A stretch of 64,000 nt of DNA, from positions 1-64,000 of IMG/VR virus record IMGVR_UViG_3300020037_009644. One strand, 5' to 3'. This DNA comes from a virus. Taxonomy: Duplodnaviria > Caudoviricetes. Numbering within the stretch: the first letter of the stretch is position 1; each line of letters begins with the position of its first letter. Positions 9,878-19,599 of the stretch are shown piece by piece. A model generated the notes under the pieces. That model had not been told where the DNA came from and made no database searches. It saw nothing but the letters and a program-made list of their open reading frames with translations. Position numbers and translations under genes: made by a program.

Positions 9878-10289
9878 TCCACATCAATTTCCAATCACAA
9901 ATAATAAGATTGGATATTTATTTCAATCAACATCCTATGATCGAAAGTATTCTTTTTTATTGAGCAGATCAGAAGATGTTATCGATTTGTTTATGTATCT
10001 TGAAAATTTTGAAGTTAGCCATATTTATTGGCACAAAATATTAACAACAGCATATTTCGAAAATCAAGATAATATCTTGAATTCATTAATCTTGTTAGAA
10101 GAGAATCTTAAATCAGGAGCTCTTGTTTCTTTATTAAGCCCGAAGCAACAAGATGATTGTCTTGACATGATGCTCGCTTTTGAAAAAGAAAAAGGAGTTG
10201 ATTTTGTTAAGAACAAAAGGTCGTCGAAAGATTTTTTTGATGATATCATCAAAGAACAAAATGGAAAAGGAATAAGCTATGAAGATTAG
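9861..10289 (+). CDS. Hypothetical protein with C-terminal tag
   Basis: Ends KDFFDDIIKEQNGKGISYED. Confidence 0.65.
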   Translation: MKKEFNPHQFPITNNKIGYLFQSTSYDRKYSFLLSRSEDVIDLFMYLENFEVSHIYWHKILTTAYFENQDNILNSLILLEENLKSGALVSLLSPKQQDDCLDMMLAFEKEKGVDFVKNKRSSKDFFDDIIKEQNGKGISYED

Positions 10290-10839
10290 CCAATTTGAAA
10301 ACTATACCCCTCCGTCTCAAGAGGATGTCGATAAATTAATCGAAACAATTATTGCTTCTTGGGGCAAAAATTCTTATTATGACAATATCGTCGTTAAGAT
10401 GATTTGGAAGCAAGATTTTGTTGATCAAAAACTTAGCTTTGTGGTTATTGAAGAAGATTATTCTCGGCATAAGGACAATTATGGAAGTTATATTCTATAT
10501 TCTTGGAATCTCAAATCAGAGAACGGATTTGTTAGGGAAATAAGTAGATATAATTCAGTTAGAATAACTCAAAAGGACTTGAGGGAATATAAGAAAAAAT
10601 ACGGCAAACCTTTTGACAACGCTCTAGATAATGATAAAGCTCAGGTTGAGTTTTTGAAACTGTATTCGAAAAACATGATGTTAAAAAGAGTCAATAAAGT
10701 TAGGGCTAAAGCCGAAGAATTACAACAAGAGATTGACCGTTTGAATAAAGAGATTGTTCAGTCTGATCTTTTGATTGAGACCGTTGGTAATCCGGAATTT
10801 GATGGATTGACCAGAGAGATGATGACAAAGACAATATGA
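10279..10839 (+). CDS. Hypothetical protein, paralog of 21110..21586
   Basis: Shared Y..P+..D+, L.F++.E...DYG, Y+W, KK+GK.+D pattern and C-terminal coiled coil. Confidence 0.6.
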   Translation: MKISQFENYTPPSQEDVDKLIETIIASWGKNSYYDNIVVKMIWKQDFVDQKLSFVVIEEDYSRHKDNYGSYILYSWNLKSENGFVREISRYNSVRITQKDLREYKKKYGKPFDNALDNDKAQVEFLKLYSKNMMLKRVNKVRAKAEELQQEIDRLNKEIVQSDLLIETVGNPEFDGLTREMMTKTI

Positions 10840-10869
10840 ATTGTCTTTTGTAAGACGGCGTACCGATCA

Positions 10870-11583
10870 TCAGAACGGATAAAAGACATCCTTTTCAACT
10901 CTCGCCATATCCAAAGCGAGGCAGTCAATTTTTTGAATGTCAATGTGGTAATGATTAACCAAGCCCCGATATTCGGTTGGCTTGGTTAAGACGTTTTTGG
11001 AGAAAGAATAGTCTGCCTCGCGGGGAAATTCCCTTGGGACGTCAGGAAAAATCTTACAATAGCCGTTGATTAAAAACATCAGTGCTTTATATTGAGCCTC
11101 GGTAGGTCCAAAACAATCAAACTTTCTGCCGTGAACGGTGTCAACCATCGGAGCATGAGGAGTAACTCCATATTTCTTTTGGTTTGCTTCGCTATAATAG
11201 TTGGGATCAATCCAACGTGCGGGTTGAACAGCTATCTCAACTCCAGAGCCAAGATCATTCCAAGATCCTTGTGACCAGCCGGCGTCTTTGATGTCGAGGC
11301 ATTGGTAGATAGTGGCAACTCCACTTTCCGGAAGGTCATCGTCGATAATGAAATTGACCGAAAATCCTCGAGCAGCGGCTCCTGAGAAGGTTGTCTTTGC
11401 CGTCCAAGAAGCCGAATGATGAATGACGAATCCCTGAATTCGCTTTCGAAGTTTTTCAAGATCGTCATTGTGGGCGTTGAACCGTTTTGCTGGATAAGAA
11501 TTAAGTCCACCCGGCTCGTCCCAAAGAACGACTCTCGTCCCAATGTCTTGCTTGATTCCGGAGGCTACGATACTGGTGTTCAT
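10870..11583 (-). CDS. N-acetylmuramoyl-L-alanine amidase (Amidase_2), endolysin-like
   Basis: VIHHS, F.IDDD...IYQ, GVEI, NHYHI...KIDC; start set at ATG 11583 (ATGA overlap). Confidence 0.8.
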   Translation of the reverse strand: MNTSIVASGIKQDIGTRVVLWDEPGGLNSYPAKRFNAHNDDLEKLRKRIQGFVIHHSASWTAKTTFSGAAARGFSVNFIIDDDLPESGVATIYQCLDIKDAGWSQGSWNDLGSGVEIAVQPARWIDPNYYSEANQKKYGVTPHAPMVDTVHGRKFDCFGPTEAQYKALMFLINGYCKIFPDVPREFPREADYSFSKNVLTKPTEYRGLVNHYHIDIQKIDCLALDMARVEKDVFYPF

Positions 11584-12443
11584 GAATTTGTTTTCTTTGA
11601 AAAGAGAGAAAGGATAAAGAACCATAGCTGAGCCAGCCAGGAAATTGAAAAACTTCCTCCGATCGATTCTACGACCGGAGGGAGTCCGGATGGTAAAGGG
11701 GAGCCCGTCGAGGGCTCCTTTTTCATTTCTTCAGAATTGGTTTCTGATTGATGAGAATCTGTTGACGAGGTCGTCGGGTCAGCCTCGGGAACGACCGGAA
11801 CGTGCCCGGCTCCGGTCTCTGGAGAAACGATAACGGGCTCTGAAACAATCGGAGGCGGCGCTGGAGGGGTCCAGGTCATGTAGAGCTCTTGCTTTTGTTT
11901 GAAAATCAAAAACCAAACGTTGACAGCTCGGGTGTACGCGGCGAGGTCGGCGGTGAAGTAGCCTCCGGCTTTCAATCCAGCAACGTAGTTAATCAAGTTT
12001 CCTTCTTTGAGAGACGAAAAGGCTTTGCTGTACTGCGGCTTCATCAGGAATTTAATGTAGTCGGCGCAACCATCTTCTCCGGCATCCCAAGCAGCAAAGA
12101 GGGTCTGAGGGTGATAAGGGTAGAACTTAAATTCTTTTTTGTATCCATCAACGGGATCGACCAAAATTTCGGAGCATTGGTACGAGGTAAACTTTTTGGT
12201 CCCATATTTCTTGATGTTGCCAAAATTCCAGTTGTGGATCGATTTTCCACCCGCGACCTCGAGAAAGACATGAGCCCAGAGAATTCCAAGAGAGGTCATC
12301 GATAACGGAAGTTCATTTGGGAAGAGGCGACTCCACGCCGACCGGAGCAGAAACGCCAAATCCTCGCGACTGACGGGTGTTAAAACCTCATCGACGAAGC
12401 GAGGATCAGATGGCTTATTGGGGTATTTTGGATCGAGTTTCAT
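11580..12443 (-). CDS. Glucosaminidase/FlgJ-like peptidoglycan hydrolase with Pro-rich linker and hydrophobic C-terminus
   Basis: LE..GG...NWNFGNIK, F.A+, LKAGGYFTA...Y. Confidence 0.7.
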   Translation of the reverse strand: MKLDPKYPNKPSDPRFVDEVLTPVSREDLAFLLRSAWSRLFPNELPLSMTSLGILWAHVFLEVAGGKSIHNWNFGNIKKYGTKKFTSYQCSEILVDPVDGYKKEFKFYPYHPQTLFAAWDAGEDGCADYIKFLMKPQYSKAFSSLKEGNLINYVAGLKAGGYFTADLAAYTRAVNVWFLIFKQKQELYMTWTPPAPPPIVSEPVIVSPETGAGHVPVVPEADPTTSSTDSHQSETNSEEMKKEPSTGSPLPSGLPPVVESIGGSFSISWLAQLWFFILSLFSKKTNS

Positions 12444-12472
12444 CGATCGAATACCATTTTACGGAGAGATTG

Positions 12473-13000
12473 TTAGGGAGTGTCGTAAATGGTGACCGAA
12501 ATATCTCGGCAAATTAGATATTTGATCAGAAGAGATTCGACTTTTTTCCACCCCTCATCGGAAATTTCAGCTATCGGAGCGTGAATCGAAAAATCTCCTT
12601 CGAACCTAGAAAGCTTAGAGAGACATTTGGCAAAAGCTTCGTAATTAAAAATATTTTTAATTTGAGCAACCATGTTGACGACAACAAGGTCTTGATCGAC
12701 GAGAACAAATTGAATTTCACCAAGACGAAAGAGGGCGGGAAATTTAACTCTCCACTCACGATAACTTTTTTCAGGCTTACTCCACCTTTTTGAGAGGGCG
12801 TCCGCTCTCCAGGTGCCAAGATTATCGACAATGTTAATGATTATTTTGAGACCTTCGCCACGGGGCAAGGTAAAGTCGTCGCCTTTGACATAATGAACAA
12901 ACTGATTTTCTGGAGAAAGATGGGGATGCATTATACGAGCCCCCATTTGATCAGATCTCTTTTGATAAGGGATAGGGATTCTGGATAATAAATCTTCCAA
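12473..13000 (-). CDS. Macrodomain protein (Poa1p/TARG1/DarG-like), degenerate; start probably near 12931-12946
   Basis: YVKGD, II..VDN.G.W, A+.K.W, LGEIQFV, VVNMVAQ, Y.A...CL, SIHAP, W..VE.L+, VTIY. Confidence 0.7.
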   Translation of the reverse strand: MEDLLSRIPIPYQKRSDQMGARIMHPHLSPENQFVHYVKGDDFTLPRGEGLKIIINIVDNLGTWRADALSKRWSKPEKSYREWRVKFPALFRLGEIQFVLVDQDLVVVNMVAQIKNIFNYEAFAKCLSKLSRFEGDFSIHAPIAEISDEGWKKVESLLIKYLICRDISVTIYDTP

Positions 13001-13476
13001 TTGCCAAAATTTTTCCCGGTCTGAATAACTTTTCCGAGAGACTCTAATTGAGATGGGGTTAGGCTAAATAATGACCGATGGGTCCATTTTATTTCATTGT
13101 CGCCAAATCCTAGCTTGGCAAATCGTATTATTTTATTTTCGTCGTCTTGAAAAAAGAAATAAGAAAGAGCTTTGTTGATAATGAGGGCTCGGCAAGGAAC
13201 TTCTTTATTCAGCCAAAATTTCGGATGGCAAGAACGCCAAATGTCGGTTGATTTGATCTTAGAGTTCTTGTTAAAGAAGGTTTTGGTCTCCTCGATCGAC
13301 CGTCCAATCGAGAGACAATTTCCAAATTGAGAATCGGTCCATTGAGAGAATTCGATCGAATCATTGACAAGAGATCCGCCCGAGTTACATCCTAGGACGA
13401 ATGGCAGATATCTCTCTTTGCCAAGAAGATGGATTTTGACCGAGGACAGTGCTTGTTTATATGTTAGCTCGCTCAT
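12931..13476 (-). CDS. Hypothetical protein
   Basis: Start set at MSELTY (ATGA overlap with the upstream gene). Confidence 0.55.
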   Translation of the reverse strand: MSELTYKQALSSVKIHLLGKERYLPFVLGCNSGGSLVNDSIEFSQWTDSQFGNCLSIGRSIEETKTFFNKNSKIKSTDIWRSCHPKFWLNKEVPCRALIINKALSYFFFQDDENKIIRFAKLGFGDNEIKWTHRSLFSLTPSQLESLGKVIQTGKNFGNWKIYYPESLSLIKRDLIKWGLV

Positions 13477-14069
13477 ATTTTGATTTTGTGACCGTTTTTT
13501 CTTCGCTTCTCTTTCCATTTGAGAAGCTCCTCTTTTTGGGACTTGGTCAGAAAAGCCCAGGAGGGAAGGGAGGTCGGGACCTCGGAGGAGAGGAGCTCGG
13601 CGGTCTTTGACGATTGACTCAACTTGAAAGCCCATTCTCCAGAATCGGGAGCGTAGTCGCACGGATCTCGGTCGGCAACATGGTCGATGAGCTGACGAAC
13701 CTCGGAGACAAGAAAAGAAGATAACGGAAAGACATCAGCCTGATCGACTCCATATTTCTTAAATGTTCCGAAGAAAAAATCTTCTTTGGTCAGATTGGAA
13801 ACGAGAAGAAGATTGTTTTCCTTCGCATGGTCTTGAAGATGAGCTGCCGAGATTAAATCAGGGATATTTGTCCACCAAAAGAAAATTGATTTCATTAAAG
13901 CGAAAAAATCACCGTCGGAAACTTTCCCAGAAATGTTGAGGGAAGATTCTTCTGATGATAGATATAAAGAATGAATTAGATAGCCTTTTTTTCCAGACTC
14001 CTGGAGAAGAGCTGAATATTTTTGCCGAAGATTAGAAAGAATTACTGGACAATCAATCAGAGGCATCAA
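13473..14069 (-). CDS. Hypothetical protein
   Basis: 198 aa ORF in an overlapping-gene run. Confidence 0.55.
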   Translation of the reverse strand: MMPLIDCPVILSNLRQKYSALLQESGKKGYLIHSLYLSSEESSLNISGKVSDGDFFALMKSIFFWWTNIPDLISAAHLQDHAKENNLLLVSNLTKEDFFFGTFKKYGVDQADVFPLSSFLVSEVRQLIDHVADRDPCDYAPDSGEWAFKLSQSSKTAELLSSEVPTSLPSWAFLTKSQKEELLKWKEKRRKNGHKIKI

Positions 14070-14248
14070 TAACCGCCGCTGTTAAACCAACCTTGACCAA
14101 CCAAAATGAAACCGCCGCCTGAGATTTGTCTCTTGGCGGATTCTTTTTTGCATTTTGGACATTCGGTCAATGGGTCGGCTTTAATTGATTGTTCAACTTC
14201 CCAGGCGTGTCCGCATTTTTTCCTGGTGCAAATGTAGTCGTAGGTCAT
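14066..14248 (-). CDS. FmdB-family zinc-ribbon protein
   Basis: YDYICxxxxCGH...CPKC...R.IS...FILVGQGWF..GY. Confidence 0.85.
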   Translation of the reverse strand: MTYDYICTRKKCGHAWEVEQSIKADPLTECPKCKKESAKRQISGGGFILVGQGWFNSGGY

Positions 14249-14370
14249 GTCTTAATGTCTTCCTTTTACATAAAAGCGCCGAAATGGGTGCGCGGCGAGC
14301 TTGCGATGGTTGTTTTTTATGATGATTTGGCGAAATAAAGGCGCGCCAATTAAGATGATGATTTCTTCTT

Positions 14371-14805
14371 TTATTTAATACAGGATTGAATTGAGGTTAT
14401 CGCGGCGACGACCATGCTCGCAACTCCGGCGACCAAGGCTGCCCGAACCGCCCATTTTCCATTTGTGTTGGCAGATTTTTCATTTGTTTTTTCGGCTGAA
14501 TCTTTTTTATCTTCTTCGTCCATTTTTTCGTCTAGAGCAGAGAGGAGATCTTTAATCGAATCAATCGAATTTTCGAGAACAGCTGTTTTAATAGAGAGAT
14601 CTTTGATCTCAGAATCTTTGTTTTTGAGATTTTGGGAGAGATCCTGGAACGAAGAAATCAAATTCCTCATCTCAACACGAAGTTCGGTAAAACTAATCTC
14701 TCCCTCGTGAATATCTTCCAAAAGCTTTTGAACGAGGTCGTTGGTAGCTTCGAGACTCTTCGAGAAAGAAATGATTAGTTGTTCGTCATTTTTTGAGGGA
14801 GGCAT
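14371..14805 (-). CDS. Coiled-coil protein with C-terminal TM helix
   Basis: Heptad-like region followed by WAVRAALVAGVASMVVAAI. Confidence 0.6.
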   Translation of the reverse strand: MPPSKNDEQLIISFSKSLEATNDLVQKLLEDIHEGEISFTELRVEMRNLISSFQDLSQNLKNKDSEIKDLSIKTAVLENSIDSIKDLLSALDEKMDEEDKKDSAEKTNEKSANTNGKWAVRAALVAGVASMVVAAITSIQSCIK

Positions 14806-15037
14806 TGAGGTCGACGATCGTTAGGTTGAATTGTTTAATTTCTTCCTTGCAGTCGTAAATATGACCAACTATGCTTTGAATTTTTGATTGAAGACCAATA
14901 ATTTGTTGAAGGAGACGGAGTCCTTGAGAATCCGGATCAGAATCTTCCTTTTGCTTATCTTCAACACTTACCTCCCTCATTGGCTTTGGGGAGTTCTTTT
15001 TGGTATTGGTGAGGAGAGATGATCGTGGAGAAACCAT
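14786..15037 (-). CDS. Hypothetical protein
   Basis: 83 aa ORF. Confidence 0.4.
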   Translation of the reverse strand: MVSPRSSLLTNTKKNSPKPMREVSVEDKQKEDSDPDSQGLRLLQQIIGLQSKIQSIVGHIYDCKEEIKQFNLTIVDLNASLKK

Positions 15038-15148
15038 AGATGAAGAATCCTCATTTGATTTTGGGGTTCTTCAGAATGTCAATTTATTGATTGGACAAGC
15101 TATTTCCCATCATCTTAAGTATGGTGTAACATGTTTCATCTATTTCTT

Positions 15149-15736
15149 TTATTGGTGGAACAATTCGTAGATAACCTTCGCCCGATCTGAGTCAGAATAC
15201 CTGGGATGGATAATCTTGACGAGGCTCATCATCTCGAATGGAAATTTGTTAATAGCTTCCTCAAGATCGAGGACATTGAATTCTTCCATGGCTTTTCTAA
15301 TCAATTTTTGATTGAAAGATCCAAGACCTCTTCCGAAAGCTTTAGATTTGAGAAGCTCGACAATTAGAAGAAGATCCTCGGGTGAGGCAAAGAGGAGAAT
15401 CGAAACAAAATCTTTGTAATTCTTCTCTCGAAATTCTGAAGAACATCTCGAGAGAAGAATGGCATAGGCGACCGGAACCATGGTTGGTTTTTCGGAATTG
15501 AATCCGATATTGATTAGCATCGAAAGCATGTCTTCCGGACAAAGTCCAACAAAATCATTTAAAAGAAGAATTGCCAAACCTTCGGGGTCTTCTTTAATTG
15601 TTTTCTCCGCCTCCTTGTCACCCGGAAGGAGGCTGCCCGAGACTATAAAATTGAGGACGGCTGCATGCTTTCCGGAGATTTTGGAAAGCTCGCTATTATT
15701 CTTCTTGGTGGTCTTCGGGGCACGTTGTTCGGTCAT
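15149..15736 (-). CDS. TROVE/Ro60-like helical-domain protein without VWA domain
   Basis: LKSKAFGRGLGSFNQKLIRK and K+P...L++++HP resemble TROVE N-terminal motifs. Confidence 0.55.
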   Translation of the reverse strand: MTEQRAPKTTKKNNSELSKISGKHAAVLNFIVSGSLLPGDKEAEKTIKEDPEGLAILLLNDFVGLCPEDMLSMLINIGFNSEKPTMVPVAYAILLSRCSSEFREKNYKDFVSILLFASPEDLLLIVELLKSKAFGRGLGSFNQKLIRKAMEEFNVLDLEEAINKFPFEMMSLVKIIHPRYSDSDRAKVIYELFHQ

Positions 15737-16328
15737 CTGAGGATCCTCCGATAAATGGTTTGGTCTCGATCATGGGAAGGTAGTCGACCTGGTCCTTCAT
15801 CTTAGACCAGAAAGCAAAAAGGTGCTGGGCGTCTTCGCTGGCGCTGTGGACCGTGCTCTGATTAAGATTGAGACCAGCAATTTTGAGGCAGTTATCCAGC
15901 TTGACCGATTGCTTGACCATCTTTTTTTGTTTGAGATAGGCGCGAGCCATCTTCATGGAATCAAGCCAAAGGTCGGCGGGAAACGATAATCCAGCCTTCC
16001 GACAGAAGGCGTGAACGAAGCGTCGGTCGAAGGCTGCATTGTGGGCGACAATGACCCGGTGAGCAGGAGATAAGCCGTCGGAGTTAAGAAAGTCAACCAG
16101 GATTTTGGCTCCCTCTTCTTTGGAGATTCCCTTGTTCAAATCGGCGTATGTTCTTCCGGTTATTTTGAGAGCTTCGGGGGAGGCAGAACGAGGATTTTCG
16201 GCACGAATGACCCTGGTGCATTGAGTCATGGTATTATGTCTAATAACTGAAAATTCGATAAGTTCATGAAAATCACAACTCAATCCAGTGGATTCAGTAT
16301 CGAGCGAAAAATAAGAAAGACCGCTCAT
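15696..16328 (-). CDS. DEDDh 3'-5' exonuclease (DnaQ-like)
   Basis: DTESTG, AHNAAFD, HSASEDA. Confidence 0.9.
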   Translation of the reverse strand: MSGLSYFSLDTESTGLSCDFHELIEFSVIRHNTMTQCTRVIRAENPRSASPEALKITGRTYADLNKGISKEEGAKILVDFLNSDGLSPAHRVIVAHNAAFDRRFVHAFCRKAGLSFPADLWLDSMKMARAYLKQKKMVKQSVKLDNCLKIAGLNLNQSTVHSASEDAQHLFAFWSKMKDQVDYLPMIETKPFIGGSSDDRTTCPEDHQEE

Positions 16329-16579
16329 ACAATCTCCCGCGGGGCGAGGAGAATCATGTGAGTTCCCATCTGATAGACGGTCCCCTTTTTCTTCTTTGTC
16401 TGACCCCAGGAGACTGTTCTGTCGACCGGATTGGACGTTAAGACAAGTTTAAGAGCTTCTTCGGGGGACTCTGCCAGAATGGTGTAAAACGTCGTCGTTG
16501 GGGTCATTCCGTCGACTTTGACGGTATAGTTTTGTTTGGTTGGGGGCGGCTGTTTTTTGGCTGTTTTTTGAGGTATCAT
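16325..16579 (-). CDS. Hypothetical protein
   Basis: 84 aa, ATGA overlap. Confidence 0.55.
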   Translation of the reverse strand: MIPQKTAKKQPPPTKQNYTVKVDGMTPTTTFYTILAESPEEALKLVLTSNPVDRTVSWGQTKKKKGTVYQMGTHMILLAPREIV

Positions 16580-16651
16580 CCCAGGATCTCTTGTGTGGAG
16601 AGGCGTGGGTTGATGAGAGAGAAAAAGAAATGGGCTTGAGAGGTATTGTTA

Positions 16652-17641
16652 ATGAGAGAAATGATGAATAAAGCGCACGTGGTTGAATTAAAAAATGTCG
16701 AGCCGGGGATTTGTTTAATTACGGCTCCACGAATTAAACCGGACACAAGGAAAAGATCTGCTGAATTTCATAAAATGGGTGGTAATTTTGAGGATTATGC
16801 CAAGGCTCCTGGAAATTATCTGTACATTATTGAGAACAAAGTCAATGGTAAGATTTATGCTGGAATGACCACTAATTTGAAGCATAGATTAGTGGTTTAT
16901 GGTGATGATGTTAAGAAAAATGAAAAAACAAGTTCTTTAATAGTTCGTGCAATTAGGAAATATGGCTTTGAGAATTTTGATTTCAACATTATAAGAAGAT
17001 ATGAAACTGTTAAAGAAGTTTCCGATAACGAAATCGCTTTGATTGCAGAGCTTAAAGAGTTGGGTTTTGTGATGTACAATATTACTCTTGGAGGAGAACA
17101 CGCCCTGGACCCATCATTGTATGGGAAATCGGGTACTAAACACAATGTAGCAAAATTAAACATCGATCAAATTAATGAAATCTTTGAAAAATATTTCGAA
17201 GGAAAAGCTACTATAACAGAAATGACTTCAGAATACAAAGTGTGTAGATCAGCAATTCTCAATTTACTCCATGGAAGAACTTATCAAGAAGAAACTAAAG
17301 ATTTGATAGTTAAATACGGAATAGTGAAAGATATCAAAAATAAAAAGATAACTCCAAGAATACAATGTAAAAATCCTAAATTAAATAGGGGAGAAGATAA
17401 TAAAGCAACCAAATTATCAAGAAGTAATGTAATTTCAATTATTGAATATTATTTTGATACAGATATATCAATAATAGAATTAAGTAAAAAATACGGAGTT
17501 GTTGCATCAACAATTGTTTGGATACTTAAAGGTAAAAATTGGATTCACATGACAAAAGAAATGTTAACAAAATATAAAGATCATCCAAAAAGTATGTTTG
17601 ATGGAGAAAATGGTTTTTCAAGAAGAGGAATAAACAAATGA
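16652..17641 (+). CDS. GIY-YIG homing endonuclease with two HTH-type C-terminal repeats
   Basis: YLYIIENKVNGKIYAGMT, RAIRKYGFENF, YNITLGGE; repeated KL...I..I...Y...++.Y.V.....I..G+.[YW]. Confidence 0.85.
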   Translation: MREMMNKAHVVELKNVEPGICLITAPRIKPDTRKRSAEFHKMGGNFEDYAKAPGNYLYIIENKVNGKIYAGMTTNLKHRLVVYGDDVKKNEKTSSLIVRAIRKYGFENFDFNIIRRYETVKEVSDNEIALIAELKELGFVMYNITLGGEHALDPSLYGKSGTKHNVAKLNIDQINEIFEKYFEGKATITEMTSEYKVCRSAILNLLHGRTYQEETKDLIVKYGIVKDIKNKKITPRIQCKNPKLNRGEDNKATKLSRSNVISIIEYYFDTDISIIELSKKYGVVASTIVWILKGKNWIHMTKEMLTKYKDHPKSMFDGENGFSRRGINK

Positions 17642-18333
17642 ATATTGAAGAACTTGACGATTTAGAATTTATTCTCAAAGATATTGAAAAAGATCAAAAT
17701 GGAGTTTCTAAAAAAATAACCACTCCAACAACAAACAACTCTCTCATAGTTAACAAAACAATTGAACCAAAAATTATTGAGGGTAAATATAAATTGCCCG
17801 TTACAACAAACTCTGTTGGAAAAGTTTTAGATGATGAAACAAAACCTACTATTATAGGTCATTTTACAATGACCGGAGCCAACCCTCTTACTCACAAAGG
17901 TGGAAAACATTTAGGTTTGGATTTACAAGCACCTAAAGGCGCTCCAGTTTATCCTATTGGGTCTGGTATAGTAATTCAAATTTTCAATCCAGAAAATAAC
18001 AAGTCTGGTGGAAACGCAGTTAAAATACATCATCTTCCTCAAGACCCAGATTTGACAAGTTATTATGCTCATTTTGATAGTGTGAATGTAAGCGTGGGTC
18101 AAAAAGTAAATGTAAATGATATTTTAGGATCCAATGGAAACAGCGGGTCGGCTCGCCATACTTCAGCCCATGTACATTTACAAACTTCTCTTAAAAATGT
18201 TGAAATAGATCCATTTAAAGTTATCGGAAAAGATTATGGATTCACTAATTCCAGAAAAGATCAACCTGAGAATGAAAAAATTGCCAAATTAGTTACCGCT
18301 TCTGAGCTGTACCTTCGGCTGTGTAATAAATAG
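17638..18333 (+). CDS. M23-family metallopeptidase
   Basis: HLGLDL, GGN.V.I.H, YYAH, GNSG...HVH. Confidence 0.9.
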   Translation: MNIEELDDLEFILKDIEKDQNGVSKKITTPTTNNSLIVNKTIEPKIIEGKYKLPVTTNSVGKVLDDETKPTIIGHFTMTGANPLTHKGGKHLGLDLQAPKGAPVYPIGSGIVIQIFNPENNKSGGNAVKIHHLPQDPDLTSYYAHFDSVNVSVGQKVNVNDILGSNGNSGSARHTSAHVHLQTSLKNVEIDPFKVIGKDYGFTNSRKDQPENEKIAKLVTASELYLRLCNK

Positions 18334-18362
18334 ACAGCCTCTAAAAATTTCAGATAAAAGAG

Positions 18363-18397
18363 AACCCCGCCCGAGCATCTCGCCCAGCGGGGTTTTT
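18363..18397 (+). terminator. Rho-independent terminator between convergent units
   Basis: AACCCCGC...GCGGGGTT stem followed by a T-run. Confidence 0.75.
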
Positions 18398-18418
18398 CAG
18401 ATCGTTTATTTTTTGATG

Positions 18419-18640
18419 CTATTCTTTAAGCTCTGGTGCCTGTGAGCCGGAGCCCCAACACAATAAAGACATTGCTATTGAGTCGCAAAACTCCTCTTCA
18501 TCCATTGTCCCAACGCTCTCCTCATTAACATCTGGCTTTTCTTGCCTCTCCGATTTTAACAAAGAGACCTCGCCCTCCAAATAAATGATTCTTGAGGTCA
18601 GTTGTCTAATTTGTTCTGCAATATTTTGTTCGTTTGTCAT
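18419..18640 (-). CDS. Hypothetical protein
   Basis: 73 aa, GAGG RBS. Confidence 0.55.
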   Translation of the reverse strand: MTNEQNIAEQIRQLTSRIIYLEGEVSLLKSERQEKPDVNEESVGTMDEEEFCDSIAMSLLCWGSGSQAPELKE

Positions 18641-18655
18641 GACCCATCTATAACC

Positions 18656-18946
18656 TCACTCTTGGGTAGAGCTTGGTTTTTCAAACTTAGTCCAAATTTT
18701 CCCAAGCGTTCCGTCGAAAAACGCCCCGATTTTTCGGGTAACTTTTCCAGCATTAACAACTACAGAAAGAATAAGAAGAATAAAAATAAGAATTCCGGTC
18801 ATTAAAAATCCAAGACAACTAGGAGCAATTGCCTCTCTATAGCTATGAAAAAGATCTTTGTCGGTTCCATATTTTGCCAAAATAACGAAGTTAACCGGAA
18901 TGCAGATAAGATAAATAGCAAGCATAATCCATAAGTTCGTATTCAT
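18656..18946 (-). CDS. Small membrane protein
   Basis: Two hydrophobic segments. Confidence 0.6.
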   Translation of the reverse strand: MNTNLWIMLAIYLICIPVNFVILAKYGTDKDLFHSYREAIAPSCLGFLMTGILIFILLILSVVVNAGKVTRKIGAFFDGTLGKIWTKFEKPSSTQE

Positions 18947-19599
18947 GATTCAATCTCCTTAAGAAGGTCTGAGTAAAAGGACGAGGTTTTCTCTGCCTCC
19001 TCCGGGCTTCCCAATTTGAAATTCTCCATCATCGTCTTAGAAATTCCGTCGGGATATTTGAGGAGAAACATTCGCGCAGCCTCATGAAAATAATCTTGGT
19101 CGACCATCTGACCGTCGATCCAGAATTGGGCATTGACCCCATATTCTTGGACAGCTGGTCCCGAAAGATTATGAAGAACTCCGTAAAACCAAAATTCGGT
19201 CCGTGATCCATTGATGACCGCGAAATTTCCATCTCTATGCAAATATCCGTTCTGGACCCACTGCTTCCCGTTATCGCTTTCGATTGCCGGTTTATCATCT
19301 TCGGAGTGAATAATATCTTTTCCATCAGCGAGTCTTTTGAAAGAAATCGACGAAACAAGCGATTTTCCGCAATATTTCTTGACGATGAAGATGTCTCCGG
19401 GCTGAATATTATCGGAGGAGTAAACAAGCTTGGTTTCTTTTTCAGAGATCATATTGTCTTCATTTTCATCTTCATAATCGTTATCATCTATTCCTATTGC
19501 CTCTTTGATAAGATCTTCTGGACAAGGTGTGATATTTTTCTTGGAAAACAGAGAGCCAAGTTTATCAGCAATCGATTTAAACATGAAGATCTTTGACAA
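18943..19599 (-). CDS. LHRxxGPA-repeat protein with C-terminal tag
   Basis: IHSEDDKPA, LHRDGNFA, LHNLSGPA; ends SFYSDLLKEIES. Confidence 0.7.
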   Translation of the reverse strand: MSKIFMFKSIADKLGSLFSKKNITPCPEDLIKEAIGIDDNDYEDENEDNMISEKETKLVYSSDNIQPGDIFIVKKYCGKSLVSSISFKRLADGKDIIHSEDDKPAIESDNGKQWVQNGYLHRDGNFAVINGSRTEFWFYGVLHNLSGPAVQEYGVNAQFWIDGQMVDQDYFHEAARMFLLKYPDGISKTMMENFKLGSPEEAEKTSSFYSDLLKEIES

